This document shows, piece by piece, positions 1 to 6,606 of a DNA stretch of 64,000 nt. Under the pieces are notes generated by a model. It ran no database searches. It saw nothing but the letters and a program-made list of their open reading frames with translations, and was not told where the DNA came from. The position numbers and the translations under genes are program-made. The DNA is from a virus. The first letter of the stretch is position 1; each line of letters starts with the position of its first letter. The stretch lies in IMG/VR virus record IMGVR_UViG_3300025872_000001, one strand, 5' to 3'.

Positions 1-84
1 ATCGATTGGGAAGGCGTAGACAGGGACGCTGCTGAACAGAAATGGGAACAATATCAAACTGAATTACCTTTTAACACTGTATGA
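1..84 (+). CDS. 3' end of a hypothetical protein (truncated by window start)
   Basis: Open frame 1 (IDWEGVDRDAAEQKWEQYQTELPFNTV*); its TGA overlaps the next ATG (ATGA). Confidence 0.55.
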   Translation: MDWEGVDRDAAEQKWEQYQTELPFNTV

Positions 85-242
85 AAACATTCCGAGTACA
101 ATTCGTTGACGAAATCACTGCCAAGACAGAAGAAGATGCATACGAAGTTCTGCTTCGTTATCTCCGTGACTGTGCAGAGTATGGGGATGCTACCGCATTC
201 CAATTTGAGGAAGTTGAACACAAAGAATATCAGACACATTAA
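81..242 (+). CDS. hypothetical protein, 53 aa (MKTFRVQFVDEITAKTEEDAYEVLL...)
   Basis: Hand translation; ATGA coupling with the upstream gene; below the ORF-track size cut-off. Confidence 0.6.
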   Translation: MKTFRVQFVDEITAKTEEDAYEVLLRYLRDCAEYGDATAFQFEEVEHKEYQTH

Positions 243-246
243 AAAT

Positions 247-262
247 TGTTCCACGTAGAACA
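247..262. promoter_or_regulatory. parS-like site TGTTCCACGTAGAACA
   Basis: One mismatch from the palindrome TGTTCCACGTGGAACA, a form of the chromosomal ParB-binding parS. Confidence 0.5.
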
Positions 263-274
263 TTTGTTGCGAAA

Positions 275-302
275 CCTCCCTACTTGCTTATAAGTGGGGA
301 GG
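275..302. terminator. hairpin between convergent transcription units
   Basis: CCTCCCTACTT-gcttat-AAGTGGGGAGG, 11-bp stem; no clear U-tract. Confidence 0.35.
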
Positions 303-405
303 AAACGTAACATTAACGACTTAGTCTTAAATAAATAAAAGGTGAATCAATAACGAGTTAATAGTAAATAAATAACATATGGTAGGATTGGGGAAAATTC
401 CCCAG

Positions 406-420
406 CCGGGCCTGGCCCGG
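406..420. repeat. 15-bp palindrome CCGGGCCTGGCCCGG, copy 1
   Basis: Read directly; 7-1-7 inverted repeat. Confidence 0.95.
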
Positions 421-500
421 ATTCACGAACCCTTGGCACGCAATGAGTTACAAAACTCGACAACCCGGATTGGTGAAGCGCTGGTATTCAACGAGTTACA

Positions 501-515
501 CCGGGCCTGGCCCGG
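501..515. repeat. 15-bp palindrome, copy 2 (followed by TATATAG array 516-548)
   Basis: Read directly. Confidence 0.95.
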
Positions 516-564
516 CTCTATATAGCGCTATAGTCAGCACTATATAGGCGGGGGGTTAGTTATA

Positions 565-891
565 TCATCCCTCGTAGTGAGCGTATGTATATACAGTCGG
601 GAGACTGACCGCAAACTTTGCGGCGATCTCGTACAGGTGCAGGGCGCAATCCCTGCGGCGAGTGCGGCGGGGAAGCTTCTGAGCATAGAACGCAATCTTC
701 CAGCGCTCATCTTCATTCAGCCAGCCGTTGCGCCTGTATAGAGTCACGGCAGACTCACGCGCAAACATCTTCTCGGCTTCCTCCGGTGTCTTGTCGCTGT
801 ATTCTTCAAGATTCTTCAGAGCCTTTTCGATTCGCTTCTGTTGAATCTGATAACGGGTACGCATCCACTCCAACTTGGTTTTGGTATTCAT
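565..891 (-). CDS. putative DNA-binding protein with C-terminal HTH (108 aa)
   Basis: Start moved to MNTKTK (the longer ORF runs through a terminator); C-terminal LYEIAAKFAVSLPTVYTY resembles an HTH. Confidence 0.55.
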   Translation of the reverse strand: MNTKTKLEWMRTRYQIQQKRIEKALKNLEEYSDKTPEEAEKMFARESAVTLYRRNGWLNEDERWKIAFYAQKLPRRTRRRDCALHLYEIAAKFAVSLPTVYTYAHYEG

Positions 892-956
892 CGCAATTTT
901 TTTTTGAGCAAAACAAACAAAAGTATTAAGAAAAGCGCAATTTGATAAAGCAAGGG

Positions 957-985
957 AAAAAAGGGGGGCGCTGTCACCGCCCCCC
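957..985 (-). terminator. intrinsic terminator after the DUF932 gene
   Basis: Minus strand GGGGGGCG-gtgacag-CGCCCCCC-TTTTTT. Confidence 0.85.
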
Positions 986-991
986 GTTTGA

Positions 992-1756
992 TCAGACCGC
1001 AACCTCCGGTTTGATGTCAACCGTCAAGTTCAGACCCGCGAAGGGGTCGAGGATGCTGTGCAGGGCTTGGCTACGCTTGGGCAGCGCGATCAGGTTGCCC
1101 TTGTACACCTCGGTGAAGGCGTTGTGCAGGGACCAGAGGTTGCGCGGGGCAAACTCCTCATGCGCGGGCTTCTCCCATTGGTCGAGAACGTCGGCAATCA
1201 TCGTCTTGCCAACCGCGCCAGCGCGGTAGCCGCGCAGGATGAGGGTGCCAGCCTCGTCATCGGTGAGAGGGGTCGCCTCGTACTTGGCAACGCGAGCCTC
1301 CTGCTTGTTCCACATATCGGAGAGCGCGCCGATTCCACGCGAAACGATTTGCGGCAGATCGCGCAGGACGTTGGTCGTGTGCTTGCGGGCAAACACGATC
1401 TCGTTATGGAAAACGAGATTGGAGCAGACAAACGGCGCATTGCCAGCGCAGAAGCCAGCAGGGAAGCACTTGTCATGCGAGTTGCGCAGACCGACAACGG
1501 TGCCAGAGGAACCCTGCTTGCCCATGTCGATCTCGAAAAGACCGAAGTAACGCTGACCGAAACGGGCAGTCGTGTGCAGTTCCTGCTTGATCGCAAGACC
1601 CGCAACCTTCATCTGCTCGCGAAAGATCGAAACGAGGTTCGCGTGAGGGATCGGCTGATACGTCTCGGTGGCATTGGGTGTCGGAACCTTGGCGAGATCG
1701 GCAAGGCTGATTTGGGAATTGTCTGCGCCGCAGACATGGAGGTTTACGCTGTTCAT
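992..1756 (-). CDS. DUF932/DUF945-family protein
   Basis: Motifs TYQPIPH, GLRNSHDK, FVCSNL, RNLWSLHNAFTE. Confidence 0.8.
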   Translation of the reverse strand: MNSVNLHVCGADNSQISLADLAKVPTPNATETYQPIPHANLVSIFREQMKVAGLAIKQELHTTARFGQRYFGLFEIDMGKQGSSGTVVGLRNSHDKCFPAGFCAGNAPFVCSNLVFHNEIVFARKHTTNVLRDLPQIVSRGIGALSDMWNKQEARVAKYEATPLTDDEAGTLILRGYRAGAVGKTMIADVLDQWEKPAHEEFAPRNLWSLHNAFTEVYKGNLIALPKRSQALHSILDPFAGLNLTVDIKPEVAV

Positions 1757-1810
1757 TTTTTTATTTGGTTGAGGTTGACGAAAAGAAGTTTGGAGAGATT
1801 TGCGCAGAGT

Positions 1811-2002
1811 TCAAGAACTTTTTTGATTAATTTTCGCGGCGAATTCGGCGGCGTTGCGATCCGTTTCGTCGGCCCTTTCGTTGAGCCACTTCTGGAACGC
1901 TTGGTGGTCCTTGATCTCGACACCAGGAATCTTGTGATAGAAGGCGATGCTGGTGAGAGCGCCGCGCATCGAACCGTACATGATAGGATAATCGTTATTC
2001 AT
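1811..2002 (-). CDS. hypothetical protein (63 aa), leaderless first gene of a cassette
   Basis: ORF track; promoter -10 ends 7 nt before the ATG. Confidence 0.7.
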   Translation of the reverse strand: MNNDYPIMYGSMRGALTSIAFYHKIPGVEIKDHQAFQKWLNERADETDRNAAEFAAKINQKSS

Positions 2003-2009
2003 CGCGAGC

Positions 2010-2037
2010 AGTCTACAAGGTGCAGTTACACTTGCAA
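2010..2037 (-). promoter_or_regulatory. sigma70-like promoter TTGCAA-N16-TAGACT
   Basis: Same geometry as the other cassette promoters; A-tract upstream. Confidence 0.7.
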
Positions 2038-2075
2038 ACTTTTTTTTGCGTTAAATTGAATTTTTTTTCGCGGAG

Positions 2076-2105
2076 CGTGGAACATTTTTGGCGTCGTGGA
2101 ACATT
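2076..2105. repeat. two CGTGGAACATT half-parS-like repeats, 19 bp apart
   Basis: Read directly at 2076 and 2095. Confidence 0.85.
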
Positions 2106-2145
2106 TCATTTTGGAATGAACTCTCTTTTCGGCTTGACGGCCAGG

Positions 2146-2160
2146 CCGGGCCAGGCCCGG
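2146..2160. repeat. 15-bp palindrome CCGGGCCAGGCCCGG, copy 3
   Basis: Read directly; preceded by CTTGAC, followed by TATATA array. Confidence 0.95.
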
Positions 2161-2209
2161 TTTGATACAGCACCCTATATAGAGCGCTATATCAACCAGA
2201 CTTTATATA

Positions 2210-2542
2210 TTAAAATGAGCGTCGAGCAAGAAGATTATTCTCTACATAATCCTTTGCATCCTTGAGCGAAGTGTTGGGGACAAGAGTGCGGACCGCTTTG
2301 ATCAGAGCAATCTTGTTGGGGCAAATGCCCTTGCCAGCGCGATACTCTTCTTGAATGTTCATAGCTTCATCGTAAATCGATGCAATTGCATTGCGAACTT
2401 CGAAATCGAGAAGCGAATTGATCTTCGGGATCGAAGGGACAATAGGCTGTGACACAATGTCGATTTCGATCTGATGATGCTCCAGCCCAGTTTTGGCGGC
2501 GAAAGCATCGATGATGTCGGTTCTGTTGATGACGAGTTTCAT
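2210..2542 (-). CDS. protein with C-terminal ribosomal bL12 (L7/L12) CTD-like motif (110 aa)
   Basis: KIALIKAVRTLVPNTSLKDAKDYVE resembles bL12 KIxVIKxVRxxTGLGLKEAKDLVE; start moved to MKLVIN. Confidence 0.65.
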   Translation of the reverse strand: MKLVINRTDIIDAFAAKTGLEHHQIEIDIVSQPIVPSIPKINSLLDFEVRNAIASIYDEAMNIQEEYRAGKGICPNKIALIKAVRTLVPNTSLKDAKDYVENNLLARRSF

Positions 2543-2546
2543 AGTA

Positions 2547-2759
2547 TTATGATTTGAGGAAGCCGTGATGTTTGAGGAGATTTTCATACTCTGCAAGCAA
2601 TTTCTTTTTGTCGCGAGTGCGGGAACTGCACATTTTGCGAACATGGTTGGAAACAGAACCGCGTGAATTAGTCATGCCCAGAGTTTCAAGCTTAAGCGCG
2701 CTTCTGAAAGCGAGCAAGCGATATGCGAGAATAGCGGAGGGAGTGTCAGCAATGATCAT
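2547..2759 (-). CDS. hypothetical basic protein (70 aa)
   Basis: ORF track; packs 4 nt before the next gene. Confidence 0.7.
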   Translation of the reverse strand: MIIADTPSAILAYRLLAFRSALKLETLGMTNSRGSVSNHVRKMCSSRTRDKKKLLAEYENLLKHHGFLKS

Positions 2760-2850
2760 AGTAGTAAATTGGAGCCGCGCTGCTCATCTCCTATATGATG
2801 AGTGATTAGGGAGTCTTCACGGCTTTGGTTTCTCCCCGTCAGCAAGAGAG

Positions 2851-2878
2851 AGAATGACAGAGTGTGCGCGGTGTGCAA
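2851..2878 (-). promoter_or_regulatory. sigma70-like promoter TTGCAC-N16-CATTCT, followed by an 84-nt leader
   Basis: Same -10 and CTCTC discriminator as the promoters at 5743 and 6450. Confidence 0.7.
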
Positions 2879-2933
2879 CATTTATTTTGAATTTATTTTC
2901 AGTTGCGAGAGAGATTTTGCTTGACACGCACAG

Positions 2934-2948
2934 CCGGGCCAGGCCCGG
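2934..2948. repeat. 15-bp palindrome, copy 4
   Basis: Read directly; preceded by CTTGACA. Confidence 0.95.
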
Positions 2949-2994
2949 ATGCCAAGCCGCAACCAAAAAGTTACAGCAAGGCTCCGATTTTTTA

Positions 2995-3510
2995 TTAGCT
3001 TTCTTCCTCGACTTCCTCCTCCCAACTAAACTCGTCAATTGCAATCTTTTTCCATGCATCAGTTGAAGAGTCGTCTTCGTGTTCTCCGGTTTGATACTCG
3101 CCACCTTCCCAAATGCTGTAGCCAACAAAGCCCATTCCCTCTTCAAGATAAGCAAGCTTGAATTTTAATTCGGGGAACTTGGCTGACAATGCTTGAATCG
3201 CCATTTGAGGCGGCGACCATGCAGTTGTAAAGCACAGCACCATCAACGTCGGGTCGTACTGCTGGATGTCAACTTCATCAATGTCCCACTTGGTTCCCCA
3301 ATTCTGAACGCGCCAATCATACCAATCATACGCGCCATACTTCTCCTTGAATTCATTACGTTTGGCGTGCTTGTCGTTGAATGGTTCAGAGTCTTTCAAC
3401 TCTTCGGGCATTGGGAGAATTTTATTGAACGAGAAAACGTCACCCATCCACTCATTAAAGCGCGTGAAGTCACCGCTGACATACAGGTTATTGGCACACC
3501 AGTTAGGCAT
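2995..3510 (-). CDS. YubB/DUF1281-like ferredoxin-fold protein
   Basis: MPNWCxN start, WYDWRVQNWGTKWD, FTTAWSPP motifs. Confidence 0.75.
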   Translation of the reverse strand: MPNWCANNLYVSGDFTRFNEWMGDVFSFNKILPMPEELKDSEPFNDKHAKRNEFKEKYGAYDWYDWRVQNWGTKWDIDEVDIQQYDPTLMVLCFTTAWSPPQMAIQALSAKFPELKFKLAYLEEGMGFVGYSIWEGGEYQTGEHEDDSSTDAWKKIAIDEFSWEEEVEEES

Positions 3511-3515
3511 AGGAT

Positions 3516-3698
3516 TTAATCGTTTAGGTTATTATCGTCGCAATAGATTGTCATTCCCTTGTCGTAACCAGCCTTGTAATCGCTGCCAGCGTTGGGGCTG
3601 TTCATTTTTTTCACAGCCTCGTAATCGTATGAGCCTTTGTTGTAAGCATCAAGCACACCGCGCAGGTATGCGTAGGTAGGTTCAATCATTGGTTTCAT
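3516..3698 (-). CDS. hypothetical protein (60 aa)
   Basis: ATGA coupling with the upstream gene. Confidence 0.65.
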   Translation of the reverse strand: MKPMIEPTYAYLRGVLDAYNKGSYDYEAVKKMNSPNAGSDYKAGYDKGMTIYCDDNNLND

Positions 3699-4054
3699 AT
3701 TTGAGCAAAGATTCTTTTCCCGTAGATGGCAACGTAACGGGCATTTTTAATTGGCGACCCATCCTTTGCAAGCACAAAAGTGGAATACTTGTAGGGATTG
3801 TAAGTCACCTCCACAGAATTCTCGGGGATAACTTGGCTGATTGCTGTGCGGAGATAATTGTCCCAATCGCCGCGCACCCATGCGTGAACATTCTTGCGCT
3901 TGTTCTTCAGCACACGCTGCCGCCCCGCCTCACTAACGTGGAACGTGGGGTTGTCGAGGGTAATCGCAGGGGCGTGGGCAATCACTTTCCCATTGACACG
4001 AATCGACAGCATGTGTTTATGCAGGTTGAAGTAGACTTCCGTTTTGATTTTCAT
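3695..4054 (-). CDS. conserved phage hypothetical protein
   Basis: VYFNLHK, GRQRVLxxKRKNVHA, YNPYK motifs; ATGA coupling. Confidence 0.7.
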   Translation of the reverse strand: MKIKTEVYFNLHKHMLSIRVNGKVIAHAPAITLDNPTFHVSEAGRQRVLKNKRKNVHAWVRGDWDNYLRTAISQVIPENSVEVTYNPYKYSTFVLAKDGSPIKNARYVAIYGKRIFAQI

Positions 4055-4269
4055 GATTCTTGTTCAGCAAACATTTCTTCCCAGACATGGGGAGGAGTAC
4101 CAGTCATGATGAACTCGCGCTCATCAGCGGTCAAGAAAAAAAATGCTTCTTGAATCAGCGCGCCAAGATCGCATTTCATCAAAGCCGTGGCGTATTGCTC
4201 TTCAGTCATCGTGGGAAAATCCATCGTGTAGATTTGCCCGTTGAATTGGCATCGTTTGGTTAGTTGCAT
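4051..4269 (-). CDS. conserved phage hypothetical protein (72 aa), leaderless
   Basis: LIQEAFxxLTADEREFIMTG motif; promoter directly upstream. Confidence 0.7.
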   Translation of the reverse strand: MQLTKRCQFNGQIYTMDFPTMTEEQYATALMKCDLGALIQEAFFFLTADEREFIMTGTPPHVWEEMFAEQES

Positions 4270-4276
4270 GGTTAAG

Positions 4277-4304
4277 AGTGTGAATAAAAAATCCGTGAGT
4301 GCAA
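4277..4304 (-). promoter_or_regulatory. sigma70-like promoter TTGCAC-N16-CACACT
   Basis: 7 nt upstream of ATG 4269. Confidence 0.65.
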
Positions 4305-4358
4305 CAGCAAAAGAAGAAACAACAAATAAATAAATACGAAATAATGCTTGACAACCCG

Positions 4359-4452
4359 CCGGGCCTGGCCCGGAATCCTCACCTGGTGCACCTGGCGAAT
4401 AAAAAATCTGCGCTCTCGCGAAATTTTCGGTTTTCTGCCGGGCCTGGCCCGG
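4359..4452. repeat. palindrome copies 5 and 6 (4359-4373, 4438-4452) enclosing a 64-bp core
   Basis: Near-duplicate of 6607-6700. Confidence 0.95.
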
Positions 4453-4575
4453 ATTATATAGCGCCTATATAGCACTATACAATCACTATATAGTTTCGGT
4501 GGTGTTTAATGAAGGGCAACGAAACCTCCCCATGCCGCAAGCTCTCCTTGCGTACTATTCCACCGAAAAAATTAT

Positions 4576-4803
4576 TTAGTTAGCATAAGCCAAGCGGCCT
4601 TCTGTAGTCACTAGAGGGCGGCGACCTTCGGCTCCCTCTAGATACTCTATAACCTCCGCGCTAGTGGCGAGGCGCATATAAGAGTTAGGCCACCCCACAA
4701 GATCTTCCCGATGATAAGAGGTCGCGCATACACGCGGACCCGTTGCAATCACGCGCTCCACTCGGCGCGTCCTTGTATTATACCACAGTTGACCGTTTTT
4801 CAT
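4576..4803 (-). CDS. hypothetical protein (75 aa, MKNGQLWYN...)
   Basis: ATGA coupling to the hydrolase stop. Confidence 0.65.
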   Translation of the reverse strand: MKNGQLWYNTRTRRVERVIATGPRVCATSYHREDLVGWPNSYMRLATSAEVIEYLEGAEGRRPLVTTEGRLAYAN

Positions 4804-5306
4804 TTGTAGAAGATATGATGATTGATTTGAACCGTCTTGACAAGCTTTTTCGCCCAACTCGGGGAAACTTTTTCGGCGTGATAATGCGTCGCGCCGTTGG
4901 TGTAATTCGTTTTCTGATTAACTAAAGCGAGAGCCTGTGACCATTTCGGATGGCGCTTTGCTTTCGCGATTCCGTCCTCGACGTTTTTTCCATTCCAACA
5001 CGAAAATTGTTTCGGCGCGAGAATGACGGCAAGTTCCGTTTTATTCTTGGCGCGATTCGCGATCACCTCGCGAACCGCCGCCATTGCGCGGGGATCAGCC
5101 TCCCCACCCGCTTCCAAGATCAGAGTCGCCGCCACAATCTCCCCACGCGAGACGGTGACCGTGGTGGTCTGCCCCCGCAGCGATAAGACGGCCCCAAAAA
5201 GCAGCGTCAGCAGTAACAACCGAAAAACCGCGCAAAGCAAGATGCTTTTCAACAAGCTCGGTGTTCCATTCATATTTTTGCAGGAGGTATGCGAATTGTC
5301 TTTCAT
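4800..5306 (-). CDS. SleB/Hydrolase_2-family cell wall hydrolase with hydrophobic N-terminal segment (start uncertain)
   Basis: TLILEAGGE, VIANR, KQFSCWN, TNGATHYHA, PSWA, HHIFY motifs. Confidence 0.85.
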   Translation of the reverse strand: MKDNSHTSCKNMNGTPSLLKSILLCAVFRLLLLTLLFGAVLSLRGQTTTVTVSRGEIVAATLILEAGGEADPRAMAAVREVIANRAKNKTELAVILAPKQFSCWNGKNVEDGIAKAKRHPKWSQALALVNQKTNYTNGATHYHAEKVSPSWAKKLVKTVQINHHIFYK

Positions 5307-5319
5307 TTACTGATTTCAT
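5095..5319 (-). CDS. hypothetical protein overlapping the hydrolase 5' end
   Basis: ATGA coupling with the 5316 stop; long out-of-frame overlap. Confidence 0.4.
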   Translation of the reverse strand: MKSVNERQFAYLLQKYEWNTELVEKHLALRGFSVVTADAAFWGRLIAAGADHHGHRLAWGDCGGDSDLGSGWGG

Positions 5320-5504
5320 GAGGTGACCTTGGTGGCGTATTCTTCTGCGCGCTTTTCCATCTCAACAAGCTCGCGGTCAATCTTGGCGCGGAATTCCGCG
5401 ACAGCCTTGCGGCTCATATTCACGGGGAGGTAAAGGTCGATACTCTTGAGGAGGCTTTCCATGCCGCCCTTGAGGTAGATTTCTTTGAGTTCGTTTTTGT
5501 TCAT
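5316..5504 (-). CDS. hypothetical protein (62 aa), leaderless
   Basis: ORF track; promoter 7 nt upstream. Confidence 0.7.
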   Translation of the reverse strand: MNKNELKEIYLKGGMESLLKSIDLYLPVNMSRKAVAEFRAKIDRELVEMEKRAEEYATKVTS

Positions 5505-5511
5505 GAGAGAG

Positions 5512-5539
5512 AGTGTGGAGATTTTTTTTGTTTCGTCAA
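5512..5539 (-). promoter_or_regulatory. sigma70-like promoter TTGACG-N16-CACACT
   Basis: CTCTCTC then ATG 5504. Confidence 0.7.
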
Positions 5540-5549
5540 CAACTTTTTT

Positions 5550-5735
5550 TCACTTTTTGAACCAGCGGAAAACGGTGCGATTCGCGGAGGAAAATTCGAC
5601 GATGTACTCCGTGAAGGTAGCGGGGACAATTTGGAAAACGTCGTTTTTCATGGCGCGAGCTTGGCACGCTTTCCAAGCGAGTTCGCAACCCGAACCCTGC
5701 GCGATGATGATTGAAGACCAGCGGTAGTTTTTCAT
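5550..5735 (-). CDS. hypothetical protein (61 aa), paralogue of 6732-6926
   Basis: Start moved to MKNYRW; aligns with 6732-6926. Confidence 0.75.
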   Translation of the reverse strand: MKNYRWSSIIIAQGSGCELAWKACQARAMKNDVFQIVPATFTEYIVEFSSANRTVFRWFKK

Positions 5736-5742
5736 GAGAGAG

Positions 5743-5770
5743 AGAATGACGAAAAAATCCGTGAAGTCAA
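5743..5770 (-). promoter_or_regulatory. sigma70-like promoter TTGACT-N16-CATTCT
   Basis: CTCTCTC then ATG 5735. Confidence 0.75.
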
Positions 5771-5796
5771 ATTTTTTTTCAGATTTTTTTTTGGAG

Positions 5797-5883
5797 CGTG
5801 GAACATTCTGCGCGTCGTGGAACATTTCATTTTAAATTGAAAGTTCATTTTCGCTTGACGGCAGGGCGCCGGGCCTGGCCCGG
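5797..5883. repeat. intergenic module: 2x CGTGGAACA (5797, 5816), CTTGAC, palindrome copy 7 (5869-5883)
   Basis: Near-duplicate of 2076-2160. Confidence 0.9.
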
Positions 5884-5938
5884 ATTTATATAACACTATA
5901 TAAAGGGATGTAGAGTCCCTATATAGAGAGTCTATATA

Positions 5939-6208
5939 TCACTCGCCCATACTATAGTGGTCATCATAGGCGGACCCGTAGTCCTCGTCGGTGCCGAGGC
6001 CAGCAGACGCGAGGGCATCCGCATCCGCCTCCGCATCGGTGCGGAAGCCGTCAAACGGCTCCTCCTCGTTGGCGGCGTTATAGGACGCCTGTAGGGTGTC
6101 GATGACCGCATCAAGCTGCGGCGCGTTCATCGCGTCGGCGGCATCGCGCAGCGCGGCGAGAACGAGGGAGGCTTCGGTGAGGGTGAGGGCGAGGTTGATC
6201 TGGTTCAT
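5939..6208 (-). CDS. hypothetical acidic protein (89 aa), leaderless
   Basis: ORF track; D/E-rich C-terminus DAEADADALASAGLGTDEDYG. Confidence 0.75.
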   Translation of the reverse strand: MNQINLALTLTEASLVLAALRDAADAMNAPQLDAVIDTLQASYNAANEEEPFDGFRTDAEADADALASAGLGTDEDYGSAYDDHYSMGE

Positions 6209-6215
6209 GGGGATA

Positions 6216-6243
6216 AAAGTAAGAAAAAATTCGTGCAGGTAAA
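6216..6243 (-). promoter_or_regulatory. sigma70-like promoter TTTACC-N16-TACTTT
   Basis: 7 nt upstream of ATG 6208. Confidence 0.6.
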
Positions 6244-6256
6244 GAAAAAAGTGAAA

Positions 6257-6284
6257 GAAAAAAAGGGGCGCTCAGAGCGCCCCC
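6257..6284 (-). terminator. intrinsic terminator overlapping the stop of 6272-6442
   Basis: GGGGCGCTC-t-GAGCGCCCC inverted repeat followed by a T-run on the minus strand. Confidence 0.75.
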
Positions 6285-6442
6285 GAATCGACAAGGGCCG
6301 CGAGGCGATCCCAAGCGGCGTCAACTTCGTCGTTGATGGCGTTGACCATATCAAACCAAGCGTGCAGATCGGCGCGGTCAGCGTCGGTCAGATTGGCGTA
6401 CTCGGCGGCGGCGTTGCTGGGGAGGGAGTTGATGAGGTTCAT
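6272..6442 (-). CDS. hypothetical acidic protein (56 aa, MNLINSLPSNAAAEYANLTDADRADLHAWFD...)
   Basis: Hand translation; has its own promoter and terminator; absent from the ORF track. Confidence 0.75.
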   Translation of the reverse strand: MNLINSLPSNAAAEYANLTDADRADLHAWFDMVNAINDEVDAAWDRLAALVDSGAL

Positions 6443-6449
6443 GAGAGAG

Positions 6450-6477
6450 AGAATGAAACTTTTTTCGGTGCGGTCAA
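6450..6477 (-). promoter_or_regulatory. sigma70-like promoter TTGACC-N16-CATTCT
   Basis: CTCTCTC then ATG 6442; phased A-tracts upstream (6479-6510). Confidence 0.75.
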
Positions 6478-6514
6478 CTTTTTTTTCAGATTTTTTTCAG
6501 ATTTTTTTTCAGAG

Positions 6515-6575
6515 TGTGGAACATTTCGCGCATCGTGGAACATTTTCGTGGAACATTTTTTTCTGCGTGGAACAT
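6515..6575. repeat. four GTGGAACATT half-parS-like repeats
   Basis: At 6515, 6534, 6547, 6566. Confidence 0.85.
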
Positions 6576-6606
6576 TTTTTTTTCTTGACACGCGCCTGGC
6601 GCGGGG

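Noticed and set aside
1058-2059. 333-aa plus-strand ORF
   Set aside because: Antisense shadow of the DUF932 gene, which has recognisable motifs and a terminator.
2146-2160. Palindrome as an intrinsic terminator
   Set aside because: No consistent U-tract on the coding (minus) strand, and exact sequence rather than just pairing is conserved; real terminators nearby (957, 6257) look different.
2760-2843. Hammerhead, twister or c-di-GMP riboswitch identity for the leader
   Set aside because: Core motifs do not match by eye (CUGACGG rather than CUGAnGA); kept only as an unassigned candidate.
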